Shown: in pieces, positions 33,555 through 37,887 of the stretch
Numbering within the stretch: position 1 is the first letter of the stretch
Layout of the letters: every line of letters begins with the position of its first letter
Virus record (IMG/VR): IMGVR_UViG_3300011441_000025
Span: 1 to 37,887 of that record
Source: a virus
Lineage: Duplodnaviria > Caudoviricetes
Reading direction: 5' to 3' (one strand)
DNA: 37,887 nt
Position numbers and translations under genes: made by a program
The notes under the pieces: generated by a model
Database searches by the model: none
Seen by the model: the letters and a program-made list of their open reading frames with translations, nothing else
What the model was told of the DNA's origin: nothing

Positions 33555-34193
33555 TCACCGCCGCAGCCCGAACGCGCTGCCCAGCCCGCCCAGCATGTTG
33601 CCCCAGCCGCCGCCTTGGCCGAACTGGCTGTATTGGCTGAGCGGCGCCATGCCGCCGTGTTGCGTCACCCACGCGTTATGGCGCTGCTGGGTCGGGTTGA
33701 AGGCGCCCATCTGGCCGGTGCCGGGCGGCTGGCCGTACTGCCCAGGAACCTGCCCGCCGGGATACGAGAAGGGGGTGTTCGCCATCGGCGGCATCGGGCC
33801 TTGTCCCATCGGCGGCATCGGTGCGCCACCGTAGCCGCCGGGGATACCCTGCGGCTTCGTTCCGCCCCAGTTCTCGGTGATCGCCTGCCACGGCCGTCCC
33901 GTCTGCGGGTCGATGCCGGGGTTCTGCTGCACAGACGCCTCATACCCCGGCGAGCCGGGGATGAGCCCCCGCTGATACCGCTGGTCATACGCGGCACGGT
34001 CGAACCCTCCGCCCGTGATCGGCGGACCCTCCCACGGCCCGTGGAGGTTGGGGTCTGGCTGCTGTGGCTGCCACGGCATCCCACCACCACGCCCAAACTG
34101 CCCGAGGCCCATCTGGCCGAACAACCCGCCGCGATAGCGTGGGTCACCGCCCGGCGCTCGCATCTCCGCTAATCGCTCAGGACTGACGAACAT
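33555..34193 (-). CDS. Gly/Pro/Gln-rich low-complexity protein (possible internal virion protein)
   Basis: GAGG RBS; fills the gap between adaptor and large protein; ends GGGWGNMLGGLGSAFGLRR. Confidence 0.6.
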   Translation of the reverse strand: MFVSPERLAEMRAPGGDPRYRGGLFGQMGLGQFGRGGGMPWQPQQPDPNLHGPWEGPPITGGGFDRAAYDQRYQRGLIPGSPGYEASVQQNPGIDPQTGRPWQAITENWGGTKPQGIPGGYGGAPMPPMGQGPMPPMANTPFSYPGGQVPGQYGQPPGTGQMGAFNPTQQRHNAWVTQHGGMAPLSQYSQFGQGGGWGNMLGGLGSAFGLRR

Positions 34194-34201
34194 GGTGCGC
34201 C

Positions 34202-34912
34202 TCAGTTGTCCGTGAGAATTGAGTAGCCGCCGCCACCGCCCGTCAGCGCCGCATCAATGCCAACCTCGACCATCGGGAAGTTGGCGCGCTTCACATCGGC
34301 CAGCGACTCGGCCGCCATCTTCATCACCAGCGGGTCGGCCACCCGGCCAAACTCCGGCGCGAGTTCGATCGCCAAGTTGCAGCGCAGCGCCTTCGCATAC
34401 CCCGCCGCCAAGTCCACCGGCGTCACCAAGTCGGGAAACTGCGCCAGCGGCTCTTTCCAATACAGCGCGAGGTTCGTGACGACCGTCGGCACGGGCCACA
34501 CCCAGAGCTCGCCCGGCCCGTGCGTGCGGGTATAGCTGACCGCGAGCGGCGGCGACCCGGCGAGCGTCTTCTGCGCCAGCCCGAGCATGGCCTGGTCGGT
34601 CCCGAGGTCGAGGAAGACTTCCGTCGTGGGTGTGCCGGCGACGAGGTAACTCACGGCGTCGAGCGTCACCGGCACCGGCAGGTCGAAGTCCTCGCCCGGC
34701 CCGATGCGGTAGGTCTGCACGGTCGGGAGCAGCGCGACGACGTCGCGGCGCGGCACGAGCAGCGTCTGCTGGTGCAGACCCCAGCTGTCGATGAGCTCGT
34801 TGAGGCGCGCGAAGGCATCGGTCTGCTCGGCCGAGGTGGGCACCTCATGGCCGGCGACCACCCCGAGCAGCTTCAGGCTATCGGTGATGACCTGGAGGCC
34901 GGTGCGGGTCAT
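34202..34912 (-). CDS. P22 gp4-like head-to-tail adaptor
   Basis: VITDSLKLLGVVAGHEVPTSAEQTDAFARLNELIDSW...GYAKALRCNLAIELAPEFG. Confidence 0.85.
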   Translation of the reverse strand: MTRTGLQVITDSLKLLGVVAGHEVPTSAEQTDAFARLNELIDSWGLHQQTLLVPRRDVVALLPTVQTYRIGPGEDFDLPVPVTLDAVSYLVAGTPTTEVFLDLGTDQAMLGLAQKTLAGSPPLAVSYTRTHGPGELWVWPVPTVVTNLALYWKEPLAQFPDLVTPVDLAAGYAKALRCNLAIELAPEFGRVADPLVMKMAAESLADVKRANFPMVEVGIDAALTGGGGGYSILTDN

Positions 34913-35685
34913 ACAAACCGGCCGAGACTGGTATCGAAGAGGACATAGGTCACCGTCGCCCGGATCGTATTGGCCGCATGCCCCCCGGCCCACGTCGTCG
35001 CCCCGCCGTCGTCATAGCCGGCCAACTCGAACACCTCATTCACCGGAGGCAGCGACGCCACCGAGAAGACGGACAGTCCGACCGCGGACGTCACGGCCCC
35101 GATATTTCGCACCAAGCCAAAGGTGACCTGCGTCCATTGGCTCGGCGAGGCCAGAAAGGTGCTCACGTCGGCCAGGGCGGGGCTGGTCCGGTTCATCAAG
35201 CCCCCTGCCGCCAGTCCCCCGACCCGCCAGCGGAACGTCAGGTCGGCCCACGCATTGATCCCGCTATAGCCGGTCGTATACGTGCCGATGAGCACGGCGC
35301 TGATCGGCACGATCATCCGAGTCTGACCCGGCGCGCCGATCACCGGCACCGGCGTCACGGGGAGCGTGCGGATCTGGTCGTGACTGAGCACGACCGAGCT
35401 CTGGCGAAGGGGGATCGCGGCGGCGGACACCGGCGGGGGCGGGGCCACCTCACCGGCCACCGAGACCGTCACCGGCGTGCTCGTCGCGTGCGCCGCCGAG
35501 GCCGTCCCCTCCACCCCGCGCCGCACCGTCACCGTCGTCCCCGGCCCGACCTTCGTGATCTGCGCCAGTTCGCTCTCGGCCGCGCACAGGTGCCCGACCT
35601 GCACGCCCGTCACACTGGCGAGGGACCACGACGCCGCCCAGTCCGTGACCGGCGCGGCGAAACTCGTCGAGAGAATAGCGGCCAT
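34909..35685 (-). CDS. putative head fibre/decoration protein
   Basis: N-terminal VRRGVEGTASAAH module shared with 37188..37793. Confidence 0.6.
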   Translation of the reverse strand: MAAILSTSFAAPVTDWAASWSLASVTGVQVGHLCAAESELAQITKVGPGTTVTVRRGVEGTASAAHATSTPVTVSVAGEVAPPPPVSAAAIPLRQSSVVLSHDQIRTLPVTPVPVIGAPGQTRMIVPISAVLIGTYTTGYSGINAWADLTFRWRVGGLAAGGLMNRTSPALADVSTFLASPSQWTQVTFGLVRNIGAVTSAVGLSVFSVASLPPVNEVFELAGYDDGGATTWAGGHAANTIRATVTYVLFDTSLGRFV

Positions 35686-35688
35686 GCG

Positions 35689-35928
35689 TTACACCTGATA
35701 CAGGGCGGCCATCAACGTCGCCGTCGTGGTGGTCGCGTTGACGCGCTTCACGCGGATGGGGAGGAGCTGGCCCGCCGTACAGGTGAAGTTCACGGTCTTG
35801 CCGTTCGGGAACACCGCGACGACGATGCCCGCACCGCCGACCCAGATCCCATCGGTCACTTTGGCGAGGTCGACCGTGTCGCTGGTCGTGATCGCGACGG
35901 CGTCCGTGTAGACGTCGAGCGTGATCAT
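35689..35928 (-). CDS. head-spike base protein (RcGTA Rcc01079-like)
   Basis: AVAITTSDTVDL...IWVGGAG.V...GKTVNF...AGQLLPIRVKRVNATTTTAT...AL. Confidence 0.8.
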   Translation of the reverse strand: MITLDVYTDAVAITTSDTVDLAKVTDGIWVGGAGIVVAVFPNGKTVNFTCTAGQLLPIRVKRVNATTTTATLMAALYQV

Positions 35929-36434
35929 GGCGTCGCCTCCGCGAACGTGAAGAACCACTCGTTACTGAGCGTCTCGCCGTTCCGCACCGCGACCGACACA
36001 CTCACCGCGGCGCTCGCGGTGTCCATGTTGACGCCGGTCGTCACTTCCGTCGCCGACACGTAGGTCGTCACCTCGTCGCTGCCGTTCCAGACGATGACGG
36101 AGTCGGCGACGAAGCCCGTGCCCAGCACGCGCACCGTGAACGACGGCGCCCCGAGCTCCACGGTATCCGGGTCGAGCGACGTGATGACCGGGGCGTCGCC
36201 CGGCGCCGTCACCGGCACCGCGCTCCACCCCTCGCCGAGCGCGAGCGCCTCGGCGTCGGAGTCCACGAGTTGCGGGGGCTCCGTCTCGTGGTAGCCCCAG
36301 CGGGGATAGGTCTGGGACGTCACATACGCGAGCCGGAGCGCCGCGCGCTCGGCGTCGAGCGCCTTGAGCTGCGCGTCATACTCGGCGGCCGACATGGGTG
36401 GGTCCGTCACGCGCGGCAGCGGGACCGGGGCCAT
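35925..36434 (-). CDS. YP..GW..P motif protein with IPT/TIG (Ig-like) domain
   Basis: APVITSLDPDTV..G...TVRVLGTGFV.DSVIVWNG...TTYVSATE...SNEWFFTF. Confidence 0.75.
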   Translation of the reverse strand: MAPVPLPRVTDPPMSAAEYDAQLKALDAERAALRLAYVTSQTYPRWGYHETEPPQLVDSDAEALALGEGWSAVPVTAPGDAPVITSLDPDTVELGAPSFTVRVLGTGFVADSVIVWNGSDEVTTYVSATEVTTGVNMDTASAAVSVSVAVRNGETLSNEWFFTFAEATP

Positions 36435-36757
36435 CAGGGCACCGCCACCGGCGTCGGCTGCCACCCGGCCCCCAGCGCCTGCCGTTCCGCCGGGGTCGCC
36501 ACGACGCGCGGCCCCTGGGTCGCGTGATACATCACCCGCGGGAAGCGGCGGCTCGCCACGAGCCGGGCGGCGAGCGCCACGAGCTTGGCCTCCAAGTCCC
36601 GGCGCCGGTCGAGATACTCCTCGAAGCTGAGCCCCGGCTCGCCGTCGTCCTCGGCCAGCGCCCGCGGCGTCTCGGCATACGACCGAGTGGTGCGCGGCGC
36701 CGGTTCCGTCCGCGCGTCGTCGTCCTCGGGGTCGCTGACCGGCTTGGCTTTCGTCAT
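36434..36757 (-). CDS. YP..GW..P motif protein
   Basis: FPRVMYHATQGPRVVATPAERQALGAGWQPTP; overlap-coupled on both sides. Confidence 0.7.
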   Translation of the reverse strand: MTKAKPVSDPEDDDARTEPAPRTTRSYAETPRALAEDDGEPGLSFEEYLDRRRDLEAKLVALAARLVASRRFPRVMYHATQGPRVVATPAERQALGAGWQPTPVAVP

Positions 36758-37185
36758 GGCGTCTCCTCCGGCGTCGGCGGGGCCTTCTTCGCAAACGGGC
36801 GTCCGCGGGGCCGCTTCGGCCGTACGGGGATCTCGCCGAGGTGCTTCGCGCCCGCGGCCTGGTCGGCGGCCTCGGCTTCGCGTTGCGCGGCCGGGCTCAT
36901 CTGCCGGTCGGTGTAGGCCCGCTCCGCGGCGGCCGTGCCGATGGCCTCCTGGCGCTTCGTCTCGGCGTCGAGCGCGTGCTGCGGGTTCGGACACCAGCCG
37001 GCGGCGAGGGCCTCCTGCTCCTCGCCCTCGGTCCGAACGGTGCGCGGCGGCTGGATCAGCTCCACCCGCCCCGCCGTCGTCGTGCCCATGTAGAGCGCCT
37101 TGGGATACTCCTGGTGAATATACGGCCGGTTCCACCGGGCCATCTCCTTGGCGTAGTCGGTCAGGCCGAGGGCGGTGTCCGCCAT
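36754..37185 (-). CDS. YP..GW..P motif protein (post-capsid gene)
   Basis: HQEYPKALY...TVRTEGEEQEALAAGWCPNP; basic tail KRPRGRP. Confidence 0.7.
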   Translation of the reverse strand: MADTALGLTDYAKEMARWNRPYIHQEYPKALYMGTTTAGRVELIQPPRTVRTEGEEQEALAAGWCPNPQHALDAETKRQEAIGTAAAERAYTDRQMSPAAQREAEAADQAAGAKHLGEIPVRPKRPRGRPFAKKAPPTPEETP

Positions 37186-37187
37186 GG

Positions 37188-37793
37188 CTACGCCACCGTC
37201 ACGCTGGCGAGCGCCAGGATGCCCCACGTGCCGCCGTTGGCCTCGAAGGTGCAGCTCGCGCCGACACTCGCCGCGAACGTGCCGATGTCACTGGCGGTCG
37301 TCCCGCCCAGGAACCCGGCCGTGTAGGTCACGGTGTGCGCGTTGGCCGTCGCCGAGCGGAAGGTGAGCCGCAGCCCGTTCTGCGCCTTGCTCGGCGCCTC
37401 GAGCGTGATGGCGCAGACGCCCGCCTTGGTGATGACGTAGGTCGTGTCGCCCGGCGGCAGGTCCGCCGTCGTCAGCGTCACGTCCGCGCCGATCGTGCGC
37501 CGATCGCCGAGGCCCGCGGAGGGCAGCGGCACCACGGCGCCCACCGGCGGGCTGGGGAAGTCCGTCGCCAGCCCGGTTGCCACGTCCCCGAGGATGCCGT
37601 GCGCCACTTGCGCCGTGCCTTCGAGGCCGCGCCGCACCGGGATGACGGTCCCGGTCGCCGCCGCGGTCTGCACCATGTATTCGTTGTCGACGCGAATCGG
37701 TTGCCCGACGGCAAACCCCGTCGCCGAGGTCACCGTGAGGGACGTCGCCTGCGCACTGGCGGCGGCGGCGAGTGTCGTGTTCACTAAGGCCAT
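37188..37793 (-). CDS. putative head decoration protein
   Basis: Directly after the capsid gene; TTLAAA...IRVDNEYM...VRRGLEGTAQVAH; beta-rich C-terminus. Confidence 0.65.
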   Translation of the reverse strand: MALVNTTLAAAASAQATSLTVTSATGFAVGQPIRVDNEYMVQTAAATGTVIPVRRGLEGTAQVAHGILGDVATGLATDFPSPPVGAVVPLPSAGLGDRRTIGADVTLTTADLPPGDTTYVITKAGVCAITLEAPSKAQNGLRLTFRSATANAHTVTYTAGFLGGTTASDIGTFAASVGASCTFEANGGTWGILALASVTVA

Positions 37794-37795
37794 CG

Positions 37796-37887
37796 TTACC
37801 CCCACACTCTGCAGGCCCAGTCGGGCCGGAACTCTTTGAAGCCGTAGAGCGCGTCGATGCGCGCCATCTTCTGGTCGCTCTGCGCCG
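37796..37887 (-). CDS. P22-type major capsid protein, C-terminal end only
   Basis: Translated by hand: AQSDQKMARIDALYGFKEFRPDWACRVWG*, matching the RxDxLYG...RPxWACR ending of P22-family coat proteins. Confidence 0.85.
   Translation of the reverse strand, partial: AQSDQKMARIDALYGFKEFRPDWACRVWG

Larger units (their letters stand above)
1..37887. mobile_element. Temperate P22-like podophage genome, near complete, opened between capsid and portal
   Basis: TerL, P22-type portal, coat C-terminus, gp4/gp10/ejection-type genes, integrase and repressors; phage genes on both sides of the integrase; no host genes seen. Confidence 0.93.

Noticed and set aside
29230-33920. DPQTGxPW motif in both 28622..29995 and 33555..34193
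   Set aside because: Only 8 residues with no flanking similarity; likely chance or a generic turn motif

Overview
The window is almost the whole genome of a GC-rich temperate podophage with P22-like morphogenesis genes. It is opened inside the head module: the portal gene runs off the left end and the last 29 codons of the major capsid gene enter at the right end. Nearly all genes are on the minus strand, and many are coupled by ATGA/TGATG overlaps. In transcription order (right to left): capsid end; head decoration/spike genes; gp4-like adaptor; a large ejection-type protein; split gp10-like tail hub; needle; tail fibres; a GNAT plus 2OG-Fe(II) oxygenase fusion; ejection proteins; tailspike-like protein; early genes (annealase, YqaJ exonuclease, small C5 methylase); integrase with an intact-looking attP; two XRE repressors; ERF, NinB, HTH, replication initiator/origin and RusA; a putative lysis region with no recognisable endolysin; TerS and TerL; a dual-frame C5 methyltransferase; HNH; portal. 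The most unusual features are the dual-frame methyltransferase with five WPTP cassettes, a circularly permuted unknown domain shared by the tailspike and a stand-alone gene, three phased DnaA boxes in the replication gene, two different annealases with the same C-terminal domain, and split tail-hub and pilot genes. All product calls come from motif recognition and synteny by eye; no database searches were run.
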